Part shown: positions 1 through 9,068 of the stretch, piece after piece
Layout of the letters: every line of letters starts with the position of its first letter
Numbering within the stretch: position 1 is the first letter of the stretch
From: Candidatus Aminicenantes bacterium
GTDB taxonomy: Bacteria; Acidobacteriota; Aminicenantia; UBA2199
Direction of reading: 5' to 3'
Length of the DNA stretch: 64,000 bases
Assembly: GCA_016926835.1 (NCBI GenBank)
Contig: JAFGNX010000116.1
Location: 5,639 to 69,638, forward strand
Notes under the pieces: model-generated
Told to the model about the DNA's origin: nothing
Databases searched by the model: none
Seen by the model: only the letters and a program-made list of their open reading frames with translations
Program-made: the position numbers and the translations under genes

Positions 1-49
1 CTATTCGACACGGGATGAACTCCGATTCTATTCCCACAAATGAGGTAAG

Positions 50-310
50 ATGTTCGGATCACTGGGGTTTCAGGAAATTCTGTTAATCTTTGTTGTTGTT
101 TTACTGGTTTTCGGACCGGACAAACTGCCGCGGTTCGCACGTGAACTGGGAAAATTCATCCGTGATTTCCGTTCCACGGTAAACGATGCCAAGCAGACCA
201 TCCAGGAAGAGGTGGACCGTCACGATATCACGCATGATATCCGCAAAATGGACCGTGAACTGAAAAACCTTCAGGACGACGATCACAATGGGCCAGAGAA
301 AAGCGGATGA
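50..310 (+). CDS. tatA: Twin-arginine translocase subunit TatA/E
   Basis: 86 aa, N-terminal TM helix followed by FGPDKLP hinge motif typical of TatA/TatE; RBS GAGGTAAG upstream; directly precedes tatC. Confidence 0.85.
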   Translation: MFGSLGFQEILLIFVVVLLVFGPDKLPRFARELGKFIRDFRSTVNDAKQTIQEEVDRHDITHDIRKMDRELKNLQDDDHNGPEKSG

Positions 311-1019
311 GATGACGTTCTTTGAGCACCTCGGCGAATTGCGCCGGCGGATTCTCATATCTTTGGCCATTATCATGGTGTTTTTCCTGGTATCCTGGAA
401 CTTTGTGGACGAGTTTTACGCCTGGATTGCCCAACCCGTACAGCAATTCCTTCCTGCCAACCAGAAACTGGTGTTTACGGCCCTGACGGAACCGTTCATG
501 ATGTACATTAAACTGGCCTTCATGGCATCCGTTTTTGCCGCTTCGCCGTTGATATTCCACCAGTTCTGGCTGTTTATCGCTCCCGGCCTGTATCCCCGGG
601 AAAGGCGTCTGGTTTTTCCGTTTGTGTTGTTCACCACGTTTTTTTTCCTGCTTGGCGGCGCTTTTGGATACTATGCCATCTTTCCCTGGGCATGTCGCTT
701 TTTCCTTCAGGTGGGGCAGGATTTTACGCCCATGCTGACCATCAATCAATACCTTTCGCTGGCATTCCGGGTGATCTTCGGAATCGCCGTTGTGTTTGAA
801 CTGCCGGTACTGGTATTTCTACTGTCCCGGCTGGGAATTATCACCTGGCGTACGCTTGTTCGTTATTTCAAGTGGGCGATTGTGTTGATTTTTGTTCTGG
901 CGGCGGTGATTACACCCACCCCGGACATGGTTACCCAGTCACTTTTTGCGGGTCCCATGATCCTGCTCTACCTGCTCAGTATCGGAATCGCCCGCCTGGC
1001 CGCGCCCCGCCGCAAATAA
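288..1019 (+). CDS. tatC: Twin-arginine translocase subunit TatC
   Basis: 243 aa polytopic membrane protein; N-terminus EMTFFEHLGELRRR matches TatC signature (HLxELRxR); alternative ATG at 312 right after tatA stop is also possible. Confidence 0.85.
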   Translation: MGQRKADEMTFFEHLGELRRRILISLAIIMVFFLVSWNFVDEFYAWIAQPVQQFLPANQKLVFTALTEPFMMYIKLAFMASVFAASPLIFHQFWLFIAPGLYPRERRLVFPFVLFTTFFFLLGGAFGYYAIFPWACRFFLQVGQDFTPMLTINQYLSLAFRVIFGIAVVFELPVLVFLLSRLGIITWRTLVRYFKWAIVLIFVLAAVITPTPDMVTQSLFAGPMILLYLLSIGIARLAAPRRK

Positions 1020-1110
1020 TTGCGTTCCATCACTTGGTAAATCCATGTGGCACTGGCTTTTCAGGCTCTGATCTGGTATATTGATTGTAATTCCATTGAG
1101 GAGTTTTAAC

Positions 1111-2088
1111 GTGATTTATATCTATAAACTGATTTTTATCGCCGTTTTTGCGTTTATCGGCTACCACCATCCGCCGTTTCTGGGAACCACCCAGCAAATG
1201 GGCGCGCTTATCGGTGCCGCCACCGCCCTGTCCCTGGTTATCTTGGCCCTGCGTGTGCGCGTCACGGAACTGAAATACATCTGGAGTTCATCCATCGGCA
1301 TGTTACTGGGAATCCTGGTGGGTCTCGGACTCTATGCACTTACCGAATCGATCAGCCTGTTCTTTTCGGCCAAGGTGTTTTTCCAGATGGTGTTCCTGTT
1401 CGGATTTCCCGTTACCGGGCTCTTTATCGGCCTGCAGAAGCCCAACATGTTCTCACCATTGAACATCAAGGAATTCCTGCGTGGCAGCAGCGCATTCACG
1501 GACTCCTTTCTGCTGGATACCAGCGCCATAATCGATGGACGCATCGTGCCCATCGCCACTTCCGGCTTTATCAGCGGTGAATTGATCATCACCCAGTTCG
1601 TGCTGGCTGAACTTCAGTCCATTGCCGATTCATCTGATCCCAGTAAAAAAATCCGCGGGAAACGCGGCCTGGATGTAATTGACCAGTTGCGCAAAACGCC
1701 CCAGATCTCGGTCACCATCCTGAATAAGTCCGTATCCGGAGTCAAGGAAGTGGATCAGAAACTGGTTCTGCTGGCACGTGAAAGCAATTTCAAGGTGATT
1801 ACCAACGACGTCAACCTGAGCAAGATCGCCAAGCTGCAGGATGTCACCATCCTCAATATCAACGAGCTGGCATTCAGCCTCAAGCCCATTGTATATCCAG
1901 GTGAACATCTGACAGTCAACATCCTCAAGGAAGGCAAGGAAAAACGTCAGGGCATCGCTTATCTTGAAGACGGGACCATGGTTGTGATCGATGACGCCAA
2001 AACTGATATCGGCAAAACCCTGCGCATTGAGGTGACTTCCGTGCTTCAATCCACCACGGGGAAAATGATTTTCGGCAAAAAAGCCTGA
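1111..2088 (+). CDS. YacL-like membrane protein with PIN and TRAM domains
   Basis: 4 predicted TM helices, then PIN-like segment (LLDTSAIIDGRI...) and C-terminal TRAM-like beta-barrel region; GTG start at 1111 preceded by GAGGAG; track ORF starts at upstream TTG 1081. Confidence 0.65.
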   Translation: MIYIYKLIFIAVFAFIGYHHPPFLGTTQQMGALIGAATALSLVILALRVRVTELKYIWSSSIGMLLGILVGLGLYALTESISLFFSAKVFFQMVFLFGFPVTGLFIGLQKPNMFSPLNIKEFLRGSSAFTDSFLLDTSAIIDGRIVPIATSGFISGELIITQFVLAELQSIADSSDPSKKIRGKRGLDVIDQLRKTPQISVTILNKSVSGVKEVDQKLVLLARESNFKVITNDVNLSKIAKLQDVTILNINELAFSLKPIVYPGEHLTVNILKEGKEKRQGIAYLEDGTMVVIDDAKTDIGKTLRIEVTSVLQSTTGKMIFGKKA

Positions 2089-2579
2089 TGCTAAAAATCC
2101 GCGCCGGAACCGGATATGATATTCACCGCCTCGAGAGGGGAGGGGATTTGGTGATCGGCGGAATCCACGTCAGCAATGAACTGCATTTCGTTGCCCATTC
2201 AGACGGGGATGTCCTGCTGCACGCGTTGATGGACGCCCTGCTGGGCGCGTCGGGGCAGGCGGATATCGGTGAATTGTTCCCGGACACCGATCCCCGTTAC
2301 CGGAATATTTCCAGTTCGCTTCTGTTGAAAAACGTCCTTGAACGTGTGCACGAAAACGGTTTTGAGATCACCAATATCGACTGCACAGTCGTGGCCCAGG
2401 AGCCTTCTCTGCAACCTTTCAAACCGGCCATCCGCGAAAATCTGGCCCGCCTGCTCAAAATCCCTGCTGATGCGGTTGGAGTGAAAGCCAAGACCCGTGA
2501 GGGCTTGGGCGCGGTAGGTCGCGTTGAAGCCATTGAATGTTACTGCATCTGCATGATCCGTGCGCGTACCCAACCATGA
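2088..2579 (+). CDS. ispF: 2-C-methyl-D-erythritol 2,4-cyclodiphosphate synthase
   Basis: 163 aa; GYDIHRL...HSDGDV...DALLGA motifs of IspF; start ATG overlaps upstream stop (TGATG). Confidence 0.9.
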   Translation: MLKIRAGTGYDIHRLERGGDLVIGGIHVSNELHFVAHSDGDVLLHALMDALLGASGQADIGELFPDTDPRYRNISSSLLLKNVLERVHENGFEITNIDCTVVAQEPSLQPFKPAIRENLARLLKIPADAVGVKAKTREGLGAVGRVEAIECYCICMIRARTQP

Positions 2580-3895
2580 AACACATTCCCATCATCACCA
2601 TTATCGGTGTCCCCAATACGGGAAAATCGACCCTGTTCAACCGTTTAACCGGGCGTCGGAAAGCCCTGGTTCACCCGGAACCCGGCATGACCCGGGACGT
2701 GTTTCGCATGCCCATGCTCCTGGACGAACAAGCGGTTTTTTTGCAGGATTCCGGCGGATTTTTCCCCGATAAGTCCGATATATCTAAAGAAATTAACATA
2801 AGGGTGCTGCGTGAAGCGGAACGCTCCGATGTGGTTGTTTTTTTATGCGACGGCAAGCGCGAACTGCTTGGATATGAAAAGGACCTTTACCTTTCCGTGC
2901 GCAATCGCACGCAATCGGTCATTCTGGTTGTCAACAAAATAGATGATCCTGAACGCCATATCGTACCCCAATCGTATTATGAACTTAAAGCCGAGTTTTT
3001 GGCCATTTCAGCCGAACACGACCTGGGAATCAATCAACTCCGCAGTCGCCTTACCGAGACAATAGGGGAGTCCGTCACCAAACCGGCAATAGAACCCGGC
3101 AATGCGTCCCGCATCAGTATTGTGGGGAAACCCAATGTGGGCAAGTCTTCACTGATTAACAGCATTCTTAAAGACGACCTGCTGATTGTCAGTCCGATTC
3201 CCGGAACCACACGTGATTCCATTGACCTGGCCCTGAACCGCAACAATCGAGACTTGATTCTGGTGGATAATGCCGGGATCCGTAAAATGCAGAAAATTCA
3301 CGAAGACACGGAGAGTATCGCCGTCCTCCGCGCTCAGAAAGACATCCATTCCGCAGACATCATCATTCTGGTTCTTGATGCATCACGCAAAATCGATCAA
3401 AACGATCTATTTATCGCCGCCCAGGTACTGAAATCAACCAAGCCGGTTATTCTGGCCGCCAACAAGTGGGACCTGATATCCTCCTCACAGGCTCCGCATC
3501 TGGTCGAACAATCGATGCGTCAGCGCCTGCACGCATTCCATTTCGCGCCTTTTCATCTGGTTTCCGCCCTGAACGGGAAAAATGTCTTCCGCCTGCTGGA
3601 CAACGCTGAACGCATTCACCTGACACTTCAAGAGGGGATTCGTACACCTATTCTGAACCGCGCCGTTAACTCAATCTATGCGGAAAAACGACTGGTGACA
3701 AAAAGCGGCCGGTCCTTCAAATCCAAATATGCCACCATTGAATCACGGCGGCCATTTTTTATTCGTCTCCAATCCCGCTACCCGGAGCACTTGAAGCCCT
3801 CTGATGAGACTTTCCTCAAAAAACGCCTTACAGAAAAACTTGACTTATGGGGCATTCCCATCTTCCTTAAAGTAACCGCATCCGCACGCAAATAG
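2576..3895 (+). CDS. der: Ribosome-associated GTPase Der (EngA), tandem GTPase domains
   Basis: Two G-domains with P-loops GVPNTGKSTLFN and GKPNVGKSSLIN plus C-terminal KH-like domain; ATG at 2576 overlaps ispF stop by 4 nt (ATGA). Confidence 0.9.
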   Translation: MKHIPIITIIGVPNTGKSTLFNRLTGRRKALVHPEPGMTRDVFRMPMLLDEQAVFLQDSGGFFPDKSDISKEINIRVLREAERSDVVVFLCDGKRELLGYEKDLYLSVRNRTQSVILVVNKIDDPERHIVPQSYYELKAEFLAISAEHDLGINQLRSRLTETIGESVTKPAIEPGNASRISIVGKPNVGKSSLINSILKDDLLIVSPIPGTTRDSIDLALNRNNRDLILVDNAGIRKMQKIHEDTESIAVLRAQKDIHSADIIILVLDASRKIDQNDLFIAAQVLKSTKPVILAANKWDLISSSQAPHLVEQSMRQRLHAFHFAPFHLVSALNGKNVFRLLDNAERIHLTLQEGIRTPILNRAVNSIYAEKRLVTKSGRSFKSKYATIESRRPFFIRLQSRYPEHLKPSDETFLKKRLTEKLDLWGIPIFLKVTASARK

Positions 3896-3896
3896 A

Positions 3897-3920
3897 CATT
3901 GTCGACATGTCGACATAATT
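3897..3920. promoter_or_regulatory. Tandem 8-bp palindrome TGTCGACA-TGTCGACA (perfect 16-bp inverted repeat) between der and parA
   Basis: Seen directly: tgtcgacatgtcgaca immediately after der stop, about 115 nt upstream of parA; not GC-stem/T-run so not an intrinsic terminator; candidate operator. Confidence 0.4.
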
Positions 3921-4035
3921 GTGATCTCCAATTCAATCATCTTCTTGACATCGATTGCAGCTTAACGTAGGATTGATTTTGCGGCGGAATCCCGCATAAA
4001 TCAGGCCGAAAACAGAACCAGATCAGGAGAACATC

Positions 4036-4791
4036 GTGATCATTACCATTGCCAACCAGAAAGGCGGAGTGGGCAAAACCACTACCGCGGTGAATCTTGC
4101 GGCTGCTTTCGCGCTGGCTGGAAAGCGCACCCTTCTTATCGACATGGATCCGCAAGCCAACTCGACCGTGTCCTTCCTGGACACCCGTGAAGTAGAATTA
4201 ACGGTATTTCATTACCTTGAAGACGTGGATATCGCATTCGACGATGTGGTGAAAGCCACTTCAATCGAAAATCTCGAAGTGCTTCCCGCATCCATCGCCC
4301 TGGCCAAATTTGAATCAAAGATGATTGGCGAAATCGACGGCCATTTTCGCCTGAAAGACCGACTTGACGGTGTTTTTACGAGATATGACTATGTAATAAT
4401 CGACACGCCACCGACACTGGGATTGATCACCATTAACAGCCTGGTCGCGGCGACCCACCTGATTATCCCCATTCAAGCATCTTATTTCGCTCTGGAAGGT
4501 ACGGACGACCTGCTGGATACCTTCGAAAAAGTGCAGGCGCGCAGCAACCCGGAGTTAACCATCCTGGGAGTCCTGATCACCTTGTATGACCGCCGCATCG
4601 TGATTGCGCGGGACAGCGCGGCCCATATCCGGGGAATCTTTACAGACAGAATGTTTAAAACCGTGATTTCCCGCAATGTGCGGTTGGAGGAAAGCCCAGC
4701 TTTTAAAGAATCCATATTCACCCATGCGCCGCATTCGCGTGGAGCGGGGGAGTATAAAGCCCTGGCAAGGGAGATTATGAAACATGGCTAA
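4036..4791 (+). CDS. parA: Chromosome partitioning ATPase ParA/Soj
   Basis: N-terminal deviant Walker A IANQKGGVGKTTTAVNLAAA; 251 aa; GTG start; followed by parB with 8-nt overlap. Confidence 0.9.
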   Translation: MIITIANQKGGVGKTTTAVNLAAAFALAGKRTLLIDMDPQANSTVSFLDTREVELTVFHYLEDVDIAFDDVVKATSIENLEVLPASIALAKFESKMIGEIDGHFRLKDRLDGVFTRYDYVIIDTPPTLGLITINSLVAATHLIIPIQASYFALEGTDDLLDTFEKVQARSNPELTILGVLITLYDRRIVIARDSAAHIRGIFTDRMFKTVISRNVRLEESPAFKESIFTHAPHSRGAGEYKALAREIMKHG

Positions 4792-5635
4792 AAAAATCGG
4801 ATTGCCTGAATCCATTAAGATGAAACACGATCACCATCTGGTCGACGAGCTCTCACGCCGCAGCCGCACCTGCGTGATCCGCTATATTCCGTTGGAGCGG
4901 ATCGTTGCCGGCGCGCAGCAGCCCCGCAGCGATTTTGGTGACATTGAAGCATTGGCCGCTTCAATCCGCGAGAAAGGGGTGATTGAACCGATTATACTGC
5001 GCCCCCGGGATGGACGATTTGAAATTATTGCCGGAGAAAGACGATTCCGGGCGGCTAAAATGGCCGGATTGAGTGAAATTCCCGGGATTGAATACGACAT
5101 CCAGGACAATGAAGCGCTCGAATTGTCCATTGTAGAAAATGCCCAAAGAAAAGACCTGAATCCTTTTGAAATGGCGTTTTCGCTGAAATCGTTGAATGAA
5201 ATATACGGGTACACGCACGAAGAAATCGCCAAAAAAATAGGTAGTTCTCGGGTATCCATCACAGAGATGATCCGCCTGTCCGATATGCCGCCCCAGGTGA
5301 TCAGCCGCTGCCAGGAAATGGGCATTGAATCCAAGACATTTCTACTGGAACTGGTGAAACTGGAAGATGTGGACCAGATGATGTTTGTGCTGGATCAATA
5401 TGCATTATCACCATTTTCAAGAGATGCAATCAAAGAGATACGGCAGAATAAAACAAAAAAAAGCGAACCCGATACCAAAAAGACACCCAGATTCAAGTTT
5501 GTGGCACCAGACAAATCCGTCAAGATCGATTTCCGTTTTCGCGAGGGAGAGATCAGCCGGGATCGATTGATCTCAACGCTCCAGACCCTGCTGGATGACC
5601 TCATAACCGGGCGGATCAAGAATCTCAAAGCTTGA
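4784..5635 (+). CDS. parB: Chromosome partitioning protein ParB/Spo0J
   Basis: ParB box EPIILRP...IIAGERRFRAAKMAGL, HTH region; 283 aa; overlaps parA stop. Confidence 0.9.
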   Translation: MAKKIGLPESIKMKHDHHLVDELSRRSRTCVIRYIPLERIVAGAQQPRSDFGDIEALAASIREKGVIEPIILRPRDGRFEIIAGERRFRAAKMAGLSEIPGIEYDIQDNEALELSIVENAQRKDLNPFEMAFSLKSLNEIYGYTHEEIAKKIGSSRVSITEMIRLSDMPPQVISRCQEMGIESKTFLLELVKLEDVDQMMFVLDQYALSPFSRDAIKEIRQNKTKKSEPDTKKTPRFKFVAPDKSVKIDFRFREGEISRDRLISTLQTLLDDLITGRIKNLKA

Positions 5636-5686
5636 TTGCTCTTGATTTCAAAAGTATCTGATCCGGTTTTGGAAAAATCGGTGTTT

Positions 5687-5714
5687 GGTTTACATAATAT
5701 ATCTTATCCGACAT
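5687..5714 (-). other. dif: Candidate XerC/XerD dif recombination site (11-6-11)
   Basis: Minus-strand reading ATGTCGGATAA-GATATA-TTATGTAAACC; right arm 10/11 to conserved XerD arm TTATGTAAACT, left arm ends in ATAA like E. coli XerC arm; lies in AT-rich gap at convergence of + and - gene blocks. Confidence 0.5.
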
Positions 5715-6266
5715 CACATCCATCATGCGTTTATCACTCCGATATGTCTTGCTTTTTATCTTTGTGAATAACTCTTGTGTATGCCTTGTGAATGTCTTAC
5801 AGCAGGTTCGTTTGCATCCGGGCTGTATTTTTCCTCTTCTTTATATCCGCAATGTTCTCGCAATACCGTGCTTGTCCACAGTCTATCTTTCAGTTAACCG
5901 GTTCACTTTCGATTTACCGGGCCGATCTGTATCGCCTGCAGGTTCAATTGGATTTTTTTTCGGGGTTACGCGCCTGAATTTTTTTCGTTATGCAACCTTG
6001 ACCCTTGATTGCGAAACTTTTTCGTTTGGGCCCTTGTGATTTTCAGTGAGTTTTGCTGCGTGACGTTCTCGTCATGTATAGTGTTTTTTGGGTCCGAATT
6101 TTGAAAATTCACCTTTTCATGTTCCCGCGAAAAGGTCCAGTCTATTGGGAAAGATAGTGTCGGAATTTTGTAAATTCCCTATATAAGGGATATTATTTAT
6201 TCCAGCTCATGATAACGTTAAATAAATTACGAGTTCAAGTAACGCTTTTTTAACCGGTTCCGCTTT

Positions 6267-7154
6267 TCAAGCAGGTGCAGCACCTTGACCTTCTTGTCCC
6301 AGACAGGCGCTCAAATTCTCCAACCCCTGGTTCATCTCATCTTGGAAAATGCGCCAGGTGGATGCTTGAACGCATTTGCCTGTCCGGGCGTTGATGTCGA
6401 ACACGGAAAAGTCCATCATCAGGTTGTTGCGGGCCACCTCAAAGCGTTGGTAGATTCCCGTTAAAAAGCGATCAATAATGGGTTTGCGCTTCATGCCGAT
6501 TACCGAGTTGATGGATCCGGTCATACCCACGTCCGTCTGATACCCGGTTCCGTTACTCAGAATGCGTACATCACTGGTCTGAACATGGGTGTGGGTCCCT
6601 ACCATGACACTCACTCGCCCATCCAGGAAAAACCCCATGGCTTGTTTTTCCGCAGTGGCTTCGGCATGAAAGTCCACAAATACGCACTTCTCAGAGTCTT
6701 CTTTCAACAGGCGATCCACGATGAGAAAGGGATTGTCGACCACAGGTTCCATAAAAACACGCCCCTGCAGATTGATGACGCGCAGTGTGGCGCCATTTGA
6801 AAGATTCTCGGTATAGTATCCGTTACCGGGCACACTTGGCGGATAGTTCACCGGTCTCAGGATACGGGGATTTTCACGCAGCAAATCCAGGGCCTCGCGC
6901 TTATCCCAGACGTGGTTTCCCGACGTGATCAGGTCAACCCCGGCCTGGAACATCTCTCCGGCTGTTTTGGGAATGATTCCCAAGCCGCCGGCGCTGTTTT
7001 CGCCGTTGGCAATCACAAAATCGGGGCGGATACGGTAGCGCACTTTGGGCAAAACTTCAGCCAGGAAACGCCTTGCCCCTCTTCCCACCACGTCTCCGAT
7101 AAAGACAACCCGAAGATATTCGGATTCGTGGCCGGTTTTTTCTTTATTTTGCAT
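6267..7154 (-). CDS. ymdB: YmdB-family metallophosphoesterase (2',3'-cyclic nucleotide phosphodiesterase)
   Basis: VVFIGDVVGRGAR...ANGENSAGG... motifs of TIGR00282/YmdB calcineurin-like phosphoesterase; ATG at 7154 overlaps rny stop by 11 nt; conserved rny-ymdB pairing. Confidence 0.8.
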   Translation of the reverse strand: MQNKEKTGHESEYLRVVFIGDVVGRGARRFLAEVLPKVRYRIRPDFVIANGENSAGGLGIIPKTAGEMFQAGVDLITSGNHVWDKREALDLLRENPRILRPVNYPPSVPGNGYYTENLSNGATLRVINLQGRVFMEPVVDNPFLIVDRLLKEDSEKCVFVDFHAEATAEKQAMGFFLDGRVSVMVGTHTHVQTSDVRILSNGTGYQTDVGMTGSINSVIGMKRKPIIDRFLTGIYQRFEVARNNLMMDFSVFDINARTGKCVQASTWRIFQDEMNQGLENLSACLGQEGQGAAPA

Positions 7155-8706
7155 ATTCAACGGCTCTTACTTCACGGATGACCGTGACTTTGATCTGCCC
7201 GGGGTATTCCAATTCTTCCTGGATACGTTTGGCAATATCCTTGGAAACGAAAAACACCTTGTTATCGTTCATTTCATTGGAATCCACAATAACACGGACT
7301 TCACGTCCTGCCCGCAACGCATACGCCTTTTCCACGCCCTCAAAACCAGCGCAAACTTCTTCCAGTTTTTCCAGGCGCTTGATATAGGTCTCAAAAATTT
7401 CTCTCCTGGCTCCAGGGCGGGCCGCGGACATGGTATCCGCAGCCTGGATCAGCACGCCCTCAACCGAAGTGAAGTCCACATCCATGTGGTGAGAAGCAAT
7501 GGCTTCCTGTACGTGCTTTGACTCTCCGAATTTCCGTGCCAGGTCTACCGACAATTGGGTATGGGTTCCTTCAGTTTCACGGTCAATGGATTTTCCCACG
7601 TCATGTAACAGGCCGGCGCGTCGAGCGACATTGACATTCGCTCCCAATTCCCGGGCCATGAACGCCGCGATCATGGACACCTCTTTGGAATGTTGCAGTG
7701 CATTCTGACCATAAGAGGTGCGGAACTTCAGTTTTCCCAGGTAGTAATACAATTCCGGATTGATCTCTTTGATTCCGAGTTCCACAACGGTCTGCTCGCC
7801 GACTTCGCGCAGGTAGTCATCAAATCCCTTTTCGATCTTTTCCACGATTTCTTCCACGCGGGCGGGATGAATTCTGCCATCCTGGATCAGCGTTTCCAAA
7901 GCCCGTTTGGCGATTTCGCGACGAATGGGGTCGAAAGAAGAAACGATAATCGCTTCCGGAGTATCGTCCACAATAAAATCCACGCCGGTTGCGTTTTCCA
8001 GGGCCCGGATATTGCGCCCTTCCCTACCGATTATGCGCCCTTTCATCTCGTCATTGGGAAGATCGATCACGGCTACTGAAGACGAAACCACATGTTCTGA
8101 AGCCAACCGCTGGATTGCCGTGCCAATAATGTCTTTGGCCATGACCTGGCTTTTTTCTTTTAAATCCTCTTCAATAATCCGTAACCGCTGAGCGGATTCC
8201 ATGCGGGCTTCGCTTTCGTACTGGCTGACTATCATCTCTTTGGCTTCCTGAACAGTCAGGCCGGATATGGTTTCCAGTTTTTTGCGCTGTTCGTCAAGCG
8301 TACTCTCCAATTCGCAACGCGCCTGGTCCAGTTCATGCCTGCGTTCGCCCAATTGGATTTCCACTTTTTTCAGGTCTTTTTCCTTGTTTTCCAGGTTGAT
8401 ATAACGCTGGTCCAGGTTTTCTTCTTTCTGAACCAGGCGTCTTTCCATATCGTTAATTTTGTTGATTTTCTGACTCTGCTTGCGGTTGTATTCGTTTTTC
8501 CAGTTGATGAACTCTTCCTTGAGTTCAAGGTTGGTTTTCGTGCGTTGCGCGTCCAGTTCCTGATCAGCCTGACGTTTCCATTCCTGCTTTTGTTGCTCAA
8601 GCCTCCGGTATTGTCCGGAAAACAACCGCTTGCGCAACAGGAAAACCACTGCGGCGGTTAAAGCGATTCCGCCCATAAACGGAACCATATATGTGAGTAT
8701 TGACAT
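7144..8706 (-). CDS. rny: Ribonuclease Y
   Basis: 520 aa; N-terminal TM anchor, long coiled-coil, KH domain and HD domain (HHMDV..., LLHDVGK); strong RBS AAGGAGGAGA. Confidence 0.9.
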   Translation of the reverse strand: MSILTYMVPFMGGIALTAAVVFLLRKRLFSGQYRRLEQQKQEWKRQADQELDAQRTKTNLELKEEFINWKNEYNRKQSQKINKINDMERRLVQKEENLDQRYINLENKEKDLKKVEIQLGERRHELDQARCELESTLDEQRKKLETISGLTVQEAKEMIVSQYESEARMESAQRLRIIEEDLKEKSQVMAKDIIGTAIQRLASEHVVSSSVAVIDLPNDEMKGRIIGREGRNIRALENATGVDFIVDDTPEAIIVSSFDPIRREIAKRALETLIQDGRIHPARVEEIVEKIEKGFDDYLREVGEQTVVELGIKEINPELYYYLGKLKFRTSYGQNALQHSKEVSMIAAFMARELGANVNVARRAGLLHDVGKSIDRETEGTHTQLSVDLARKFGESKHVQEAIASHHMDVDFTSVEGVLIQAADTMSAARPGARREIFETYIKRLEKLEEVCAGFEGVEKAYALRAGREVRVIVDSNEMNDNKVFFVSKDIAKRIQEELEYPGQIKVTVIREVRAVEYAK

Positions 8707-8729
8707 GTCTCCTCCTTAAACAGGACATG

Positions 8730-9068
8730 CTATTTCGCCACCGGATTCTGCTGGGAATTTGACCTGGCGTGCACATGTCCGCAATCAGCATCCGCATCAT
8801 CCAGTGTCGCGATCACTTCGTCGATCCTGCGCAGAACGGCGCGCAGGTCTTCATTCTCGCTGCGCAGGGAAAACATCTCAGCGGCAATGTTGATCGAAGT
8901 CAATAATCCCAGCCGGAACGAATCCATATCGATGGACTGGCCCCGGACGGAGCGAATCTTATCTTCCACGTAAGCAATGATCTCCATAAAAGTGCGGGGA
9001 TGGATTTCTTTGGGCAGATCAAAACGGAAATTCCGTCCCAGTACCTTTACATCAATCGTTCTTACCAT
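8730..9068 (-). CDS. zapA: Cell division protein ZapA
   Basis: about 112 aa ZapA-like (VRTIDVKVLGRNFRFD... then coiled coil); ATG at 9068 preferred over track TTG at 9089. Confidence 0.7.
   Translation of the reverse strand: MVRTIDVKVLGRNFRFDLPKEIHPRTFMEIIAYVEDKIRSVRGQSIDMDSFRLGLLTSINIAAEMFSLRSENEDLRAVLRRIDEVIATLDDADADCGHVHARSNSQQNPVAK

Noticed and set aside
5725-6039. 104-aa and 61-aa ORFs inside the AT-rich parB-ymdB gap
   Set aside because: Low-complexity, Phe/Leu/Cys-rich translations driven by AT-rich DNA; no RBS, no recognisable domain. The region is treated as non-coding (dif candidate and flanks).
5636-6266. Possibility that the AT-rich gap is oriC (two 1-mismatch DnaA-box-like 9-mers, parAB adjacent)
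   Set aside because: Flanking gene blocks converge on the gap rather than diverge from it; no dnaA/dnaN nearby; the DnaA-like boxes are few and imperfect; the dif-like 28-mer fits a terminus better.
4000-6300. Search for canonical parS (tGTTNCACGTGAAACa) near parAB
   Set aside because: No match found by eye in the parAB flanks or within parB; parS sites are presumably elsewhere, so nothing is reported as parS.
7045-8661. Several 90-160 aa + strand ORFs inside rny/ymdB
   Set aside because: Shadow ORFs antisense to RNase Y/YmdB; no start signals or domains.
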